A DNA stretch of 64,000 bases from Negaprion brevirostris. Lineage: Eukaryota. Location: assembly GCA_030324005.1 (NCBI GenBank), contig JARDVH010000149.1, positions 18,020,380-18,084,379 of the forward strand. The letters run 5' to 3'. Under the pieces are notes generated by a model. That model made no database searches. It saw only the letters and a program-made list of their open reading frames with translations, and was not told the DNA's origin. This document shows positions 49,571 through 64,000 of the stretch, piece after piece; positions within the stretch are counted from its first letter, which is position 1; each line of letters opens with the position of its first letter. The translations under genes and the position numbers were made by a program.

Positions 49571-51839
49571 ATTAAAAATATAATGTGGTCACTTTAAGTA
49601 AAAAAAAGTTATCTTCTCTCTGCTGGAGAGGTGCCTTCCCTGAGCACATTTTCAGGCAACGTGACACTCCATGGAGAATTCAGAAAGGCCCAGGTGTGGG
49701 CAAAATGTGAACTGAGTGATTGGGATCGTGCGACCCACATTGCTAGGAACAGAAACAGAATCAATGGCCTGCTGTGTCTGAAGCCTCCAAACAAAAATAC
49801 TTTGAACATTTATGCATGCTGTGTTCCCACACATTGTATAAGTGCAGCTCACAGAGGTTTTTCTAAAAAAAAATCAAATTACTTGGCTAATTTAACACAT
49901 TTTAACTTGAAGCAAAATGCGCACATGGAGCAACACACAACAAATGTGAATGATAATAAACAAAACATATATCCAGAACTTTGTGTATCAAACCTCTTTA
50001 ATATGACAGGCTGTTTATATGTTTTTATACAAAGTGGCTCTGTAATGTTAACATGTTCATTCTTTGCCCATAAAGCTGCTTGATTTATAGGCAGTAGCGA
50101 CCTAAACACGAAGTGACAGGTCAAAGCCTTCGCCCCCACCCCACAAAAAATTCAACCTTGTAATAGTTGTGTTCATATTCACTGTGTGGAATTATTAAAA
50201 AAAAAGACTCAGTGTCATTCCCAGTAAGAAAAGCAGTGGGAATTCCACTGGGTGGGTTGAGATGATCCAGATTGTAATTCATTCACATTTAATCATTTTT
50301 TGGAGCTTGGGAAAAACTCCTGCCAGCAAAGAGATGCGCGGGNNNNNNNNNNNNNNNNNNNNNNNNNNNNNNNNNNNNNNNNNNNNNNNNNNNNNNNNNN
50401 NNNNNNNNNNNNNNNNNNNNNNNNNNNNNNNNNNNNNNNNNNNNNNNNNNNNNNNNNNNNNNNNNNNNNNNNNNNNNNNNNNNNNNNNNNNNNNNNNNNN
50501 NNNNNNNNNNNNNNNNNNNNNNNNNNNNNNNNNNNNNNNNNNNNNNNNNNNNNNNNNNNNNNNNNNNNNNNNNNNNNNNNNNNNNNNNNNNNNNNNNNNN
50601 NNNNNNNNNNNNNNNNNNNNNNNNNNNNNNNNNNNNNNNNNNNNNNNNNNNNNNNNNNNNNNNNNNNNNNNNNNNNNNNNNNNNNNNNNNNNNNNNNNNN
50701 NNNNNNNNNNNNNNNNNNNNNNNNNNNNNNNNNNNNNNNNNNNNNNNNNNNNNNNNNNNNNNNNNNNNNNNNNNNNNNNNNNNNNNNNNNNNNNNNNNNN
50801 NNNNNNNNNNNNNNNNNNNNNNNNNNNNNNNNNNNNNNNNNNNNNNNNNNNNNNNNNNNNNNNNNNNNNNNNNNNNNNNNNNNNNNNNNNNNNNNNNNNN
50901 NNNNNNNNNNNNNNNNCCCGGCACCAAACGATTTGCAATCATTCTGATCCCTTTCTAATGGTGCAAATCGTATTGTGCCCAGAAAGGGTGCCGATTAGCA
51001 TATTTAAATATGCATATCATGATCACTGTTGGATTCTCCCTGCTTCCGGTACCTTCAGACATCCGGGCCCAGTGTGAGACTGGCGAGGCAAATTTCAATA
51101 TTGATGAGTGGTTGGCATGTCATTAACGCGTCGTGGATGTTATTCTCTGGACTCAGTTATCTTAGCCCACTTGCTGGCTGAGGTCCTCATTGGCGGAGAT
51201 CACAGAAAGTCTCCATCAATGGTGCATCAGTGGGACCAGAGGCCTTTGAAACCCCTGGGTGCTCGGAAGCAGGGCTGGGCTGGGGGGAGGGGGTGGAGGT
51301 GGAAGAATCAGCCAGGCTGGCGAGCAGGGGGATGGGCGTACTTAGTACACTTGGGGAAAATCAAGGCACATTCACAATGGCGCCCCTCGAGCTCAGCAGC
51401 CGGCTTCCTGACGAAAATATCTCTACGGGCTCTTATTTTTAATTAAGTGCCATACAATTGCGACCGGGAACTTCAAAGTTTTTTGGTGAGATCGCCCCCT
51501 CTAGAATTTGTTTTGAGAAAATTCTATTCTTTGTTTTGGGCAAAGCACAGCCATAAGCTTTGTTGAAGAAGGCACTTTAGTGCCAAAATAAATTGTCAAA
51601 AGGTGGTAGACCATCATCTTGAACTAATACAACTGTGTCGCTGCCTAGGCCACTTCCGCTGGCAGTTAAACATAGAAAGAAACATAGAAAGATTTACAGC
51701 ACAGAAGGAGGCCATTTGGCCATAGTGTCTGTATCAGACAATAAACAATCATCCAGTCTAATCCCACCTTTCACTTCTTGATCTGTAGTCCTGTCAGTCT
51801 ACTCTCAATCATCCACGAAGTCAGGGAAGGTATCGTCAA

Positions 51840-52430
51840 TGGTGTTATCAATCTACACTTACTCACCTACAACCAGCTCACCAATGTTCAATTTGGGTTC
51901 TGCCAGGACCTCTTGACTCCTTTCTTTATTACAACCTTAATCTAGACATGGACAAAAGTGCTGAATTCTAGGGNNNNNNNNNNAAGGCAGCATTTGACCG
52001 AATGTGGCATCAAGCAGTCCTGGCAAAATTTAAGTCAATAGGAATCAGGGGAAAAATTCTTTAGTTAAGCTTAGCACAAAGGAAGTTGCTTGCAGGCAAA
52101 GAGCATCTCCAGCAAGAGAAAGTCTAATCATGTCCCTTTGCCATTCAATGGAATTACAGTCCACAAATCAGCCACTGTCAACACACTGGGAGTAAAACAA
52201 CATTTACGTGGGACTGGAGTTAGACCATTAAGGTCAATTGGTTTCCTTCCATAAAGGACAATAGGAAGCAGTTGAATTTCCAAGACAACTCATCCAATTT
52301 CACTGATTTATTTCCAATCTTAAAAATTGAATTCAAATTCAGTTCATGGAATTTGAACTCAAATTCCAGATTATTAGTTCAAGTTTCATGAATTACTAAT
52401 CCAATAACATAACCATTAAGCTACCATATC
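51840..52430. mobile_element. Old LINE RT fragment (+) and tRNA-SINE (-, family of 7681-8040)
   Basis: aaggcagcatttgaccgaatgtggcatcaag (KAAFDRMWHQ); aattgaattcaaatt...ggaatttgaactc...gattattagt. Confidence 0.5.
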
Positions 52431-54737
52431 CTAGTGTAAATGCTAATGTCATAAATCATGAGAGCAAAGGTCAATTGATCTTATTGGCCTTCAGTTTATG
52501 TTTCATTTCCTGGTGCATGTCACTTTTTTATTGTTAATGTTGTTTAATGTTATGGCTTTATTGTATATTAGATCTGCTCTTATACCTGTAAAGACCTCCT
52601 TGCTGACAGTAACTGGCAGGGCATGAAGACATTCACACTAGAAAATGTATTGAGAAATAACTTATCACTGACAACCAGGCAACGGTGTCTTCAGTTTGTT
52701 TCATAATGTTTTAAACAGAACCTAATTACAGAAAAGTACATTGGGAAATCAAAATAGACCTTTTATATTATCCTGACTGAGCAGCAAAAAATGAATTAAA
52801 AAGAACATGTAAATTGTTGTATAAATGATAAAATTAAAGGCTAACAAATTATACTGTTACTACTGTGTAGCGGCACATCTCCATATTATTTCCCAATGCC
52901 TTCTGTCAGTAGTGCCAGTGCCTTCTGCAGTATAAATATTCACTATTCTTGACGCCCTGCAGGACACTCATCTGCTTCTGTATAAAGCGTTTTCCCTCAC
53001 AGGCAGAGTGTCTGTGGAACAGATGAGACAGTTTATCCACAGCCAAAGCACAGCAGACGTGGTAGTCTGCTGCAACTCTTGATGCAGGTCTTTTCCCCTG
53101 CACTTGAGCCGTCAGTCTCTATTTTTACTCAGAATATTGAACAGGAGGTTTGATCATTATAAAGGACACTGAGTGAATGAAATGCTTGCAATTCTTTGGA
53201 TCTGGCTGCATTTGGCTGCTAAGATTCAAAAACACACTTCCTGATGCATCTGATTTTTAGGAAAGAATACATTTTTTTGGGAGCTGTAACCAGGGCCCTT
53301 TGCTTTTTTTAAAAAAAGGAAGCATTCAAAGGGAATTTTATAGTAGCATTTTTAATGGCTTTTGTTCCTCTATATTCTGATATGGACTATTTGGATACTT
53401 TATGTTTCATTCAATTTTTATATTTATTTATATTGGTTTAACTTCATCTGCCACCCCACAAAAAAATACATACATTGCTGAAATTCTCTCTTGCTTTGTG
53501 CTTCTACTTCTAATTGCAGTAGATAATACAACCAGCCTGTCCTTGGGAGCCGTCCACACAGCACATTATCGACAGGGTCTTTTATGGTTTCTCTATCAGT
53601 GAGGGAGCCATAAACAATGTGTGCGATTCAGAGGGAGTTCTATGTTTTGTTTTTTAATGTTTATTGGTGTTCTCTAATGATCTGTCTGCACTCAGGTTTT
53701 TCATTAATCTTAACAGTTTGTTGGTTTATTTGAACCTCGACTATTATACCAGCTGGGTTTTGAAACCTGAGAAACTCTTTGATGCATACGTGTAGGAGAA
53801 GCTGCACGTATGTAAAAGGGGATATATTTGTGTGCACAGCATGCTGAAGGACTGCACTAGTATGCCTATGCATATTATGCTGATGAAATCCACTATCCGG
53901 AATGCAGTCCTTTTGGTGGCTGTCAATGGGAACAAACTGTAGTTTCCCCTTACCTTAACAGCTTACTTTTGTAAGCCTCTCCATCAGGTAAACTGCCACT
54001 AACCAGAGCTGGCAGATTAGAGTGACATGGTACTTGGGGACTTTACAATGATCACTCACTTGAGAGACAGGCTCCCACTTCATTTACTATATTGCAGCTT
54101 TGGTTTTATGTTGGTAAGTATAGCAACATTTCTTCTTCAGATGTGAATTTTCTAGGGCTGCGAACCAATTGTTTTCAGTCTGAAGCATTACAGAGCTCAC
54201 ATTTCCACCATTGTTCTTTGAACGGTTATGCTGCATCGATAGTGCATGAAAATATAGGTTGTACTTTAAAAATTCATGTAAGTCATCAGTTTAGCATAAA
54301 TTAAATATTCTTTAATCAAAATCATAACCTTCACTTAAGGGAACCAAAAAGATATACTCATTAACTGAGATCAGTTAAATTCAATAGGGCATAAAATGCA
54401 TTTGTTGCTTTGTCACTAAGAACTCATTAACTTTTGTAACAATACCCAACCTGCGTGTGTTAGTTTTAGTTAACATTTTATATCAGGAATCAATAGTATC
54501 AGATGTAGAGGATGCCTTGATTTTTATTATAGCCAGAGGCAATGACATTCACCCATTTTTACAGCAGTTGCTGTTCCAGCAAGTTTGCTCTTTCTGTCAC
54601 CATAAATTACCTGATGCAGGTGAAGTACTAAGTTTATTGTTGGTTGTTTATTGATTGAATTTGATTTCTTGCCCAAATAATTATGGAAGTAGCTCTACTT
54701 GTCAGCACAAGTTTCTTGATGGAAATTCTTGATGGAA

Positions 54738-55110
54738 ACATATAAAATCCTGAGGGGATTTGACAGGACGGTGTGCAAAAGATTATTTCCTCTTGTAGGA
54801 CAAACAAGAACTAGGGGTCATTGTTTAATAATAAGGGATCGAATATTTAAGACAGAAATGAAGGGGAAAAGTTCTCTCAGAAGGTTGTGAGGCTTTGGAA
54901 TTCTTTCCTGAAAAGGTTGTTGAGGCAGAATCCTTGAATACCTTTATGGCAGAAGTGGTTATCATCTTCAGAGAAAGTGGGTAAAAGGCTATCATGGGTA
55001 GGCAGGAAGTTGAAGTTGAGGTTAAAATTAGATCAACCATGGTGTTACTGAATGGCAGAGCAAGCTCAAGAGGCCAAGTGGTCTACTCCTGCTCCAAATC
55101 CTTATGTTCA
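54738..55110 (+). mobile_element. CR1 LINE 3' end
   Basis: tataaaatcctgaggggatttgacagg...tttaagacagaaatgagg-like...ctactcctgctccaaatccttatgttc. Confidence 0.8.
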
Positions 55111-56663
55111 CAGTCAATTCCACAGATGTGAAAGTTGTGTGAAGACTTAATAGACATCCCCTTAATAGAAATATTAATTTTGAAGACCGTATGCTTGCAA
55201 TACACAGGCGGGAAGCGTGCAGCATATAAAATGACTATACATATATTGATACGACTGGTAGAACATGTGATCCCATTTTGAATGTGTGTTGTAATTGAAT
55301 TATTGATTTATAATAATTTANNNNNNNNNNNNNNNNNNNNNNNNNNNNNNNNNNNNNNNNNNNNNNNNNNNNNNNNNNNNNNNNNNNNNNNNNNNNNNNN
55401 NNNNNNNNNNNNNNNNNNNNGTGTGAAGACTTAATAGACATCCCCTTAATAGAAATATTAATTTTGAAGAAACTCGTGCATTGATATTAAAACATTCTCC
55501 AACAGGATTTAGCTTTTGCAAATAATTTCCTTGTCACCCACCTATACACCCATTAAGAGATTTTACTGTGGTTTGAGCACTTCTGTAAACCTTCTTTGCA
55601 AATAATAGCTTACGGAGGGTCCAACCAAATACATGACATCATTTCACATAAAAGTTCCATTAAGCAAAGATCATCAAGATTAATGAATAAAATTTAAAAG
55701 TAGGGTATTCACTCAACAGAAATTATCTTTTCAGCCTATCTTTTACAGATGACCTTTCTTCAAACCTTAGTTGAAACAATTGGAATAATATTATTAATTA
55801 GCAAACCTCAAGCCAGATTCTAATTATGCTTCTGAAAGTTCCTCTAGAGGTTAACTTGATCATTATGTCAAAAATAGAACAGAAGCCATGAATAGTTAAA
55901 GTACAATCCATTTAACCCTCAGCTACACCGTTTTAAATATATTATGAGCTGGAATATTGATACACAAGTCTAAGTAGTTCAGGATTACTGTTTGCATCAC
56001 CCTAACCCACACATTTCATCATTCTGAGTTTAGAAACAAGTCCAATACCCATGACACCTAGCAAGCACCTTGATAGGTATAAATAGAGTAGGTGTCATGG
56101 CTAGTCATAAAATATGATTTATATGTCCACAAGTGAGGCTGACTGGATAACTCATGAGCGACAAAGTCACAAGTGAGTTATGGTCAGTCTCACAAGTGAA
56201 AACACAAATCATGTTTCACAGATGCCTCTGACAGATTTGATTTATACTACAGATTTACCTTATTATGTTTAATTTTTGGCACGTGCAATTTAAAGAGAAA
56301 TCTTTTATGTTAATACAGCCTGTTTTGCAAGGAAAAGTGGGATTAGAAAGCTTGCTTTTATCGAGCGAGCTGCCTCAAAGAACTCTCCAAAGTGGTGACT
56401 GACCACCATTTTGAAAATCCCCGAAACAAGAATTAAGTATTAAACTTATAACACAGTATGGTCCCCAAATAAATGGTCCCCAAGTGTCGCATAACAAAAA
56501 TGAACATGGGGGTCTTGTTCAAACATATGGAAATAAATTGGTGGCTGCTCACTAGCCACAAAATGGAGTTTAAAGTGACACTTCCTGACTCAGAGATAGT
56601 GCACATTCACCGGACAATGGCAGGGAACTCACTTAGCAGGACGCCCTAAAAAACAAACTTCCT

Positions 56664-57652
56664 GGGGCTGCTTGCAGCCTTGTGATGTTGGGGGGAAGTG
56701 GGGGGGATGGATGAGAGGGATCTGCGGAGAGCTGTTCATGTGCCCTTCTTGTTAACCCACAATCTCACCCCTCCCCTGCCACCCCCAACCTGTGACTTCC
56801 CTTCCACCCACACCTATAACTTGGATTCCTCAGCAATCCTGGGCTTTGGATGGATGCATTACCACCAGCAGTCAACTTCTCCTCAATCTCAATCTGAATG
56901 GCTGGCAGCTTGGTGGGTAAGACTTCCGCCCATGGGGAAACTGATCCTGGGGAAAACATGTCATTGCCCAATTAAGTGCCTGATTGGCACTTCACGCAAT
57001 GGACCTTCCTGAAAAGAGGTGATGCAGGGTTCTCAGCAGCTCCAGCTGATGGGTTAGACACCCAGCGCCGATACTAAATTCTGCCCACTGGGTGGAAAAT
57101 AGTGATTTTTCCTGGAATGGCCTCTTACTGACCAGAGAATTGGCTCACCATCCAATTAAGGATGTTGGGTGGATGCTGAAAGACCAAGCGGAAGTCTTCC
57201 AATTTGAAAGGAGTAGCAACTTGCAAAGGAAGGCAATTAAAGGCGGAAGTACTTTAAGATGGAGGGGCCCTCCCTCCAACTTCTTTAAATTGAAATTAAA
57301 AAATGGCTATTAGAGCCAGACAACCATGGGACAGAGGAGGGGGAAAAAAAGTACAGTGGTGCCTTGTGGTTGTTGCAGCACCCAAGCATGTAAGGAGAGT
57401 CTATCTAGGCCTGCCTGGAGTGCTGCTGGAAAATTCCAGTTGGCTTCCTTTAATTGGCTTTAAGTGGTCATTAAAGAGTCACACTGCTACCAGCGATGTG
57501 TGACAAGTAGGCCTGTTTCCCCACATCCCGCCTCTGCAAAAATGGCCCACAGGAGGGTTGGAGGCAGAGAACTGGTATGGCAAGCTGGCAGAGCTATTTT
57601 TAACCTGCCCTCCCTTGTTCCTAGCTCTGGCGGGGGTTCAAAATACTGGCCA
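56664..57652. mobile_element. GC-rich non-autonomous DNA element/MITE (probably Harbinger-related); similar patches at 1-215, 3579-3930, 43470-43820, 47860-48310, 50918-51500, 61030-61900
   Basis: GC-rich islands in an AT-rich intron, with ccaattaag/cttaattgg motifs in opposite orientations and aaaat..ggcc-type ends; family assignment is inference. Confidence 0.4.
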
Positions 57653-58394
57653 GTATGACTAAAACTACTGCTGTTCACTATCAAGTATTGCAAAAATGGA
57701 ACACTTTATGCTTTTGTGTGACATGAAAAGCATGTACCAAACATAGCTAGCACAGGTATGATAGGGTAAGTGGTCTTCATCTATATTGTGAGATTCTATA
57801 ATTCCTTTTAATGTATGAGACAGATAGGCACATTAGATTCAGGAATTGAAAAGTAATCTCAGCCTAAACAACTGAACAATTATGTATATAGACACAAATA
57901 TAGAATTTTTTTAACATCAGCTTTTATCATGTATAAAGGCAGAAATTTATTGATGTGCAGCAAAGACCTGCTGCATGATTCCCAAAAGAAATCAACAGTA
58001 TAAAAATTAGATCATATTGTTGCTTTACACAGGAAGACATTTCCACATGGTGAAAATTTAATTCCGAAGCTTTGGGAATGGCCAATTCATCGCATAACAT
58101 CATGATTCTTTGTGCTTCATAAATATTTAGTTTTTGATGTAACATTGAATTAATCTCAGTAATTTGCAAGTATTTTGTCTAATTACTTTAGCATTAAAGA
58201 AACATTTTCAGTCAATTATTTCTCAAAATTCTCAGTTAGTTTACATTTTTTGTAAATTGTGGTCTTTTTTTTCATCTAGTCAACGGTGATACCAAGTGAA
58301 CTTGATTAAATAAACAGCAACTCAACCATCAGTTTTATAGACTGTGAACAGATTTTCTCCAACTGAAAACATCTAAGCCAGACCACAGTTCCTA

Positions 58395-58712
<318 letters not shown>

Positions 58713-60611
58713 TCATGTTTATTTCTTTTTCAAGATAAACCCTGAAACATGTTAATTTGAATAAGTTTCCATTTCCGCTTTAATACAATGCAGAATCAGC
58801 TCATTTTGCAAGTATTTCCAAAAATTTTTTAAACTACATTTTTAGCTAAAAAGCTGAAAGTCCACTGATGTAAAAGGAACCAACTAGTAAAGAAGCAACC
58901 AATGACCAATACAATGTCAGAGAAAAGAAGCACTAAACTGCATCTAGGCATGTGTCTGAAAGTAACTGAAAACACATTACCAGATACTCAACGACAACCA
59001 TATAATTGGTACCTCTTTAAATTCTGCAAGCAACATATCTTTGCGAAGTGTGAGCAGAAGCTTTCAGTCTAGAACTTTCATCATGCTAAAAATATATCCA
59101 TATCAAAAGCTTTTCTGTGGGCTTCTAGTCTTGACTTTGACCTAAGAAGGAATGTGCCAGTGGAGACAGTTGTTCTTGTGCCCTTCAGAATTGCTTTTTC
59201 CCTATGCCTCAGGAGAGATTGGATGGAGGGTGCCTCGGCTTTGTGCAACAATATGGAAAACTGCATCATTCCTGCAGTACACTACCCCTTTGGTTTCTCT
59301 GCTGTGTTATGATGAATTCTCATTCCAGTACAACNNNNNNNNNNNNNNNNNNNNNNNNNNNNNNNNNNNNNTGGGCGACCACTCTTATTGCCTTGTTTAT
59401 GCTCTCTCCCCTTTGAATAAATCATTTTAAAAATGCACATCTGCTCAATTTAACTTGTATAAAGTTACCCAAATTCTCTAAAGACGTCTTCCAACTGTTT
59501 TTAATTATAATAATTTACCACACCTGCTGATGACCTGGCTGCCAGCAAAATTACTTCAGTTTGTTTCAGTCTCTAACTGTCTACAGGTGCAAGGTGTGCT
59601 ACATTAAGAGAATCTGTACATATAAAAAGCCAGCAGAGATCCTGATCTGCCGTGTGGCAAAAGCAGGTGTTTGTAATGGTGAATATAACATTGCGGTTGT
59701 GTTTGGTATACAGTACAATCGACTTAGAAGAGAACACAACTCACCACCACAGCTTCAGTCCATAGAAAATGTGGTGATGACAAATAAAACTGTCAGTCAG
59801 CTAGTCACAAGGTCTGAATTTTGACTGAACGTGAACACACAGGAGATGGAAAAGACTATTCATTTAAAGTCAATACATAAAACTGTAAACTGAGTGATGC
59901 AAACGCAAAAAACATCAGATTTGGTTCTAGGCCATTTAATATAGAAAAAAATGCTATCCTCTTTTCCTTGTCTTGTTGCAAACAAGGCCTTAGCAATCAC
60001 TGAAATTCAGCCCAAAAAATGAAAAGAAAAATGTTGAATTATTAGAGATGAACTTCTTTACTATTATATTCAAACAATCATCAAGCAAGGTAGAAGTTAT
60101 TTTCTGACTGAAACATGGGAAGAACAAAATTTAAAAGGGACTAAGTATATGATCAACAAACAGAAAATAGCTGGACCATTGGCTGCCAGCCACTTCATTA
60201 ACACCATGCTTCTGTTCTGTGGTTGAATACGGACATACAAGATACGTCACATTTATATCCTACTGGAATAGTTTTATTAACCGCAGCTGTATGCTATTCT
60301 ACCATCTCATTGGCAGAGGCTTGGGGCTGAGTGGCATGCTCACCCATCGATTTTAATTATCCACTGAAAGCCAAAATAGAGCCTGATTTTCAGTGACTCT
60401 TGTGAAAAAATGTTTAAATTCAGATCTGGGGAATCAGATATTTCATCAGCTGGAGAAAGAAACTGTTTTTTGAGTTATTCAGAGTCAGAGGTTTTTCTTC
60501 TCCTGTAAGATAACTGCTCACTCTTCTGTGCTTTCACATAGTTAAAGGAAGTACATGTGAACTGTGGGCAGAAGGAAGAAAGTGGTTCCTGTCTGCTTTA
60601 GAGTGTCATTT

Positions 60612-61005
60612 TGGCTTGCAGGTAGAACTCTCACTATGGAGCTGGAAGATTGTGGCCTCAATTCCCACTCCAGCACATAAGCTTGGCAGAGACTTCTGTA
60701 CAGTACTAAGCAAGTGCTGCGTTGTCAAGTTATGCCATCTTCCTTTTAAACTGAATACAAAAAATTCCCACCAAATCTTTTTCAAAAGTGCAAAGAAGTT
60801 CTCCTGCTATCCTGAATAATGGCTCCCAACCAATAATAACAAAAGTATTATTAATTTCATTTCTGTTTGTGTGACTTTACTGTGTGTTACATAGCTGTCA
60901 CAATTAGCAAAAAAACAAATCACAGACTAGACTTCAAAAGTAATTAATCGAATGTTAAGAACTTTGGCATGTCCTGAAGGCATGGAAAGTGCCCTATCAG
61001 TATAT
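60612..61005 (+). mobile_element. Degenerate Deu-domain SINE (SacSINE1-like)
   Basis: tRNA-like head, gtacagtactaag..gtgctgc, gaagttctcc...atttctgtttgtgtg..ttactgtgtg core, tail cttcaaaagtaattaat...tgtcctgaaggcatggaaagtgccctat. Confidence 0.5.
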
Positions 61006-61295
61006 ATTTTGATCTTGACAAGTTATGTTTGAGACTATGGACGATTCTCCCATCTGGGACTAAGTCCTGCAGTGAGGGTGGGAATGTGGCATGTTTCCTG
61101 CTGTGGTGGCCAGCGAGAAATCACGCCATATCTTCCAGCCCTGAACTTATCAATAATGCACACGGGGGTTTAACGCCATTTTCCATGGCATGGAGGGCTT
61201 GTTGGTGTGAGTCCTGCCAACATATCTGGGTGCCATATTGAAGACATTACAGACCCACCATTGAAGAAAGAAGATAGATCTCCAAGAACACTCAT

Positions 61296-61611
61296 TCATC
61301 ATAGAATCCCAACAGTGCAGTGAGAGGCCATTTGGCCCAGCGAGTCTGCACTGACAACAATCCCACCCAGGCCCTATCCCCATAATCCCATGTATTTACC
61401 CTGCTACTCCCCCTGATGTTAAGGGGCAATTTACCATGGCCAATCAACCTAACCCGCACATGAGAGTGGGAGGAAACCAGAACACCTGGAGGAAACCACG
61501 CAAACAGGGCGAATATGCAAGCTCCAGACAGGCAGTCACCCAAGGCTGGAACTGAACCCAGGTCCCTGGCATTGTGAGGCAGCAGTGCTAACCATTGTGC
61601 CACCATGCCGC
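61296..61611 (-). mobile_element. V-SINE, tail A
   Basis: Full-length head, V domain and CR1-like tail on the minus strand. Confidence 0.85.
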
Positions 61612-62759
61612 TCCAGGATGGACCTCCTAAAAAAGATGGATCTGCAGAAATATTCTGACACTGGAAGATGACCTCCTCGATGGCAATGAATTGGGAAGAG
61701 TCACCTGCAGATACTCCCCCCACCCACTCCTGTGGTGTTCTAGGATCAAGGATTGCTGGCAGCCTCCATCTTCATCTCTGGAGATAGGCCCAGGCATTGT
61801 TCCGAGTTCACGCTGGTGTGAAACTGAATTTTCGGCTCCTGCCAAATTCCTTCCTCCCCCCACACCACTGAACCCAGTGGTGGAGCCATGGGAGAATTCT
61901 AAGCTGTGTGTTTGATGCTCATGGGTTCTGAAAATTGTTTTGAACTTAATGTTAACCCCTATGACTTTCTCCTCAATTTAGCGAAGTTCAGTCATAACAG
62001 ATCCATTTACAGCACCTACTGTCTCAATAATAATGTTTGATTTCTTTTGTATGCCTCTCACACACACCTTTCTGAGGCATCAGCATGCAATCCTGCCTAG
62101 AAACTACTAGATGAAGCTTCATAAATTCAAGAAACTTCAAATAAACAAGTAATATTTAAAACTTCTCTTTGGCAGTATGTGACTTACTTTTCATGATTCT
62201 ATCTTTGAAATGTCGGCCACATCTGAACTGAAACATTTACCCTCAAGTAGAAAGTCCTTTTTGCTGCTCAACTGAGAAACATCTGAAATGTCCATTACTA
62301 GTTTCATGATTCTATGAGAATGGGTGGGTGGTTTTTCATTTCTTCTTTCTCTTCTTTATTCAAGAAAATTATTTTAATTTATTCTTTCAAAATAAACAAT
62401 TAAAACACTACTGCCACATGTTTTCTAAAAAAAAGGCCCCAGAGTTCTTGCGCATAGGAAATAATTTCCTGAAATAAAACACTTAAACAAAGCACAAGTG
62501 CTCAGGTATAAAAATACAAGAAATATTCAGGAGATCATATATTCATAATAAATACATTTTAATGTTTAGATTTGTGACAGAATGATTTAGTCTGCAATGT
62601 TGTAATAGTGCGGTGTTTTTTATTGAAACACAGTCATTATGCATTGTGCAAAGCTTGCTTAATTTAGAAATTGCAGTTTTAGTGTTTAATGTTGTATTTA
62701 TGCTGTAACTCCTGGTCTCAGACTGTTGGCTTTAATATCAGTTCCTATTTACACTGCCT

Positions 62760-63005
62760 GGCTGGAACGCCAATTCTCCTGCCCAAGAGAAAACTCGCTG
62801 CATGCTTGGTTAGACGCCTGCACCAAGCTCCTCTCTACGGAGTTAAAATTTAAATGTTTAGAGAGTGCAGATGCAAGCGCCTGCACTCTTGTGAGCATTT
62901 AAATTAACTCCAGATTGGTTTATGAAGTGCCCCAGAGATCCAAGAATTCCCCCGGGCACTTTTCAAATCCACTCTGGCACCACACTGGAATTTCAAGGCA
63001 TGCAC
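62760..63005. mobile_element. Palindromic MITE-like element
   Basis: Central imperfect hairpin atttaaatgtttagagagtgcag...ctgcactcttgtgagcatttaaat (62848-62904). Confidence 0.4.
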
Positions 63006-64000
63006 CCTAAAATATCAACCTGAAATCAAGTTCACTGCAGAAGTCATATAAACATAAGAATTCATCTCAATTATATAAACAATCTTTCAAAAAAAGCCAT
63101 AAAAGTACACTTAAGAAATGCAAGCTTTAATTAGTTTGAGACTTGTTTAGATTGCTGTCAAGTTTTGTGTAAAACTGGCTAACTGATGCCGGCAACTTGA
63201 CCATTTCTGTTGCCATAAATTTGGCTCATCCGAGTATTTGTGACAATTACTAACTTCTCACGTATTTGTGAGATAATAAAGCTGTGTTTAAAAATGTTCA
63301 GCATTCAAATTGTTAGCATTTACTAGGATTTGCAAAGCTTCAGGGAACAAATTGCAATGAAACATCTTCATTACGGATTAACATTTTAAATCACAGCACA
63401 ATTTCTACAGCTATTTATTTCGTAAAAACTAATTCAAAAAGAAGTATTGAAAATCAGTAGATCAGGAGTGACAGTCTTCCAAGAATATTCCTCACTCTCA
63501 ATTTGNNNNNNNNNNNNNNNNNNNNNNNNNNNNNNNNNNNNNNNNNNNNNNNNNNNNNNNNNNNNNNNNNNNNNNNNNNNNNNNNNNNNNNNNNNNNNNN
63601 NNNNNCTCTCAATTTGTCAACAGTATCCCTCATCTTTTAAACAAACTGGATTATCTTCCATTTCCAGCTGCATTTTTCAGAATGAAGCAGGAACATAAAA
63701 CTGAACATCAAGTTTGGTGACATAATATTGGAGCATTTTAAAGTTATTGCTGGAAAAACATATTCCTTCAGGAACAATGGGACCAACAGATGCAGTTCCC
63801 AGCCTTCCCAGAAAATGAGCAGCGCACTGGAAGAGTGCCAATGTTTCAGGGATGCCATTTCACACAGCTTGCAAAGGACTGCTGACACATTAAAGGAACA
63901 ATTCCTTGTTTGGAGGTGTGTGGGGAGTAAGAAAAAAGTCTGATTCATCCTGAGATCTCCTAGTCGGAAGGTCCCAGACAGGAGAAAATCTAGCCATCGC

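Noticed and set aside
50262-51077. Long ORFs of 200-270 aa here and at 9349-9960, plus shorter ones at 42982-43465
   Set aside because: Made almost entirely of N-gap X residues

Overview
Vertebrate genomic DNA with many N gaps. The repeat content (V-SINE/HE1-like SINEs, CR1, L2, RTE, Rex/Babar, Harbinger, Gypsy, Penelope remnants) indicates a cartilaginous fish, probably a shark. The only host gene is the 3' half of PBX3 (TALE homeobox) on the minus strand. Four coding exons are visible: 58491-58626, 40972-41137, 39023-39112 and 27424-27516, equivalent to human exons 5, 6, 8 and 9. They are followed by a ~1.6 kb 3'UTR rich in miRNA-seed and Pumilio sites. The 113-nt cassette exon 7 is not visible and probably lies in an assembly gap. 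Exon 8 is open in both the PBX-a and PBX-b reading frames. Positions 1-25700 are downstream intergenic DNA containing nested, decayed Gypsy elements. No prokaryotic-type or clearly novel system was found. The best leads are the dual-frame exon and missing exon 7, the 3'UTR site cluster, SINE tail swapping, a two-gene Harbinger fossil and candidate TALE autoregulatory elements. Repeat boundaries are approximate, and family names come from motif recognition rather than database searches.
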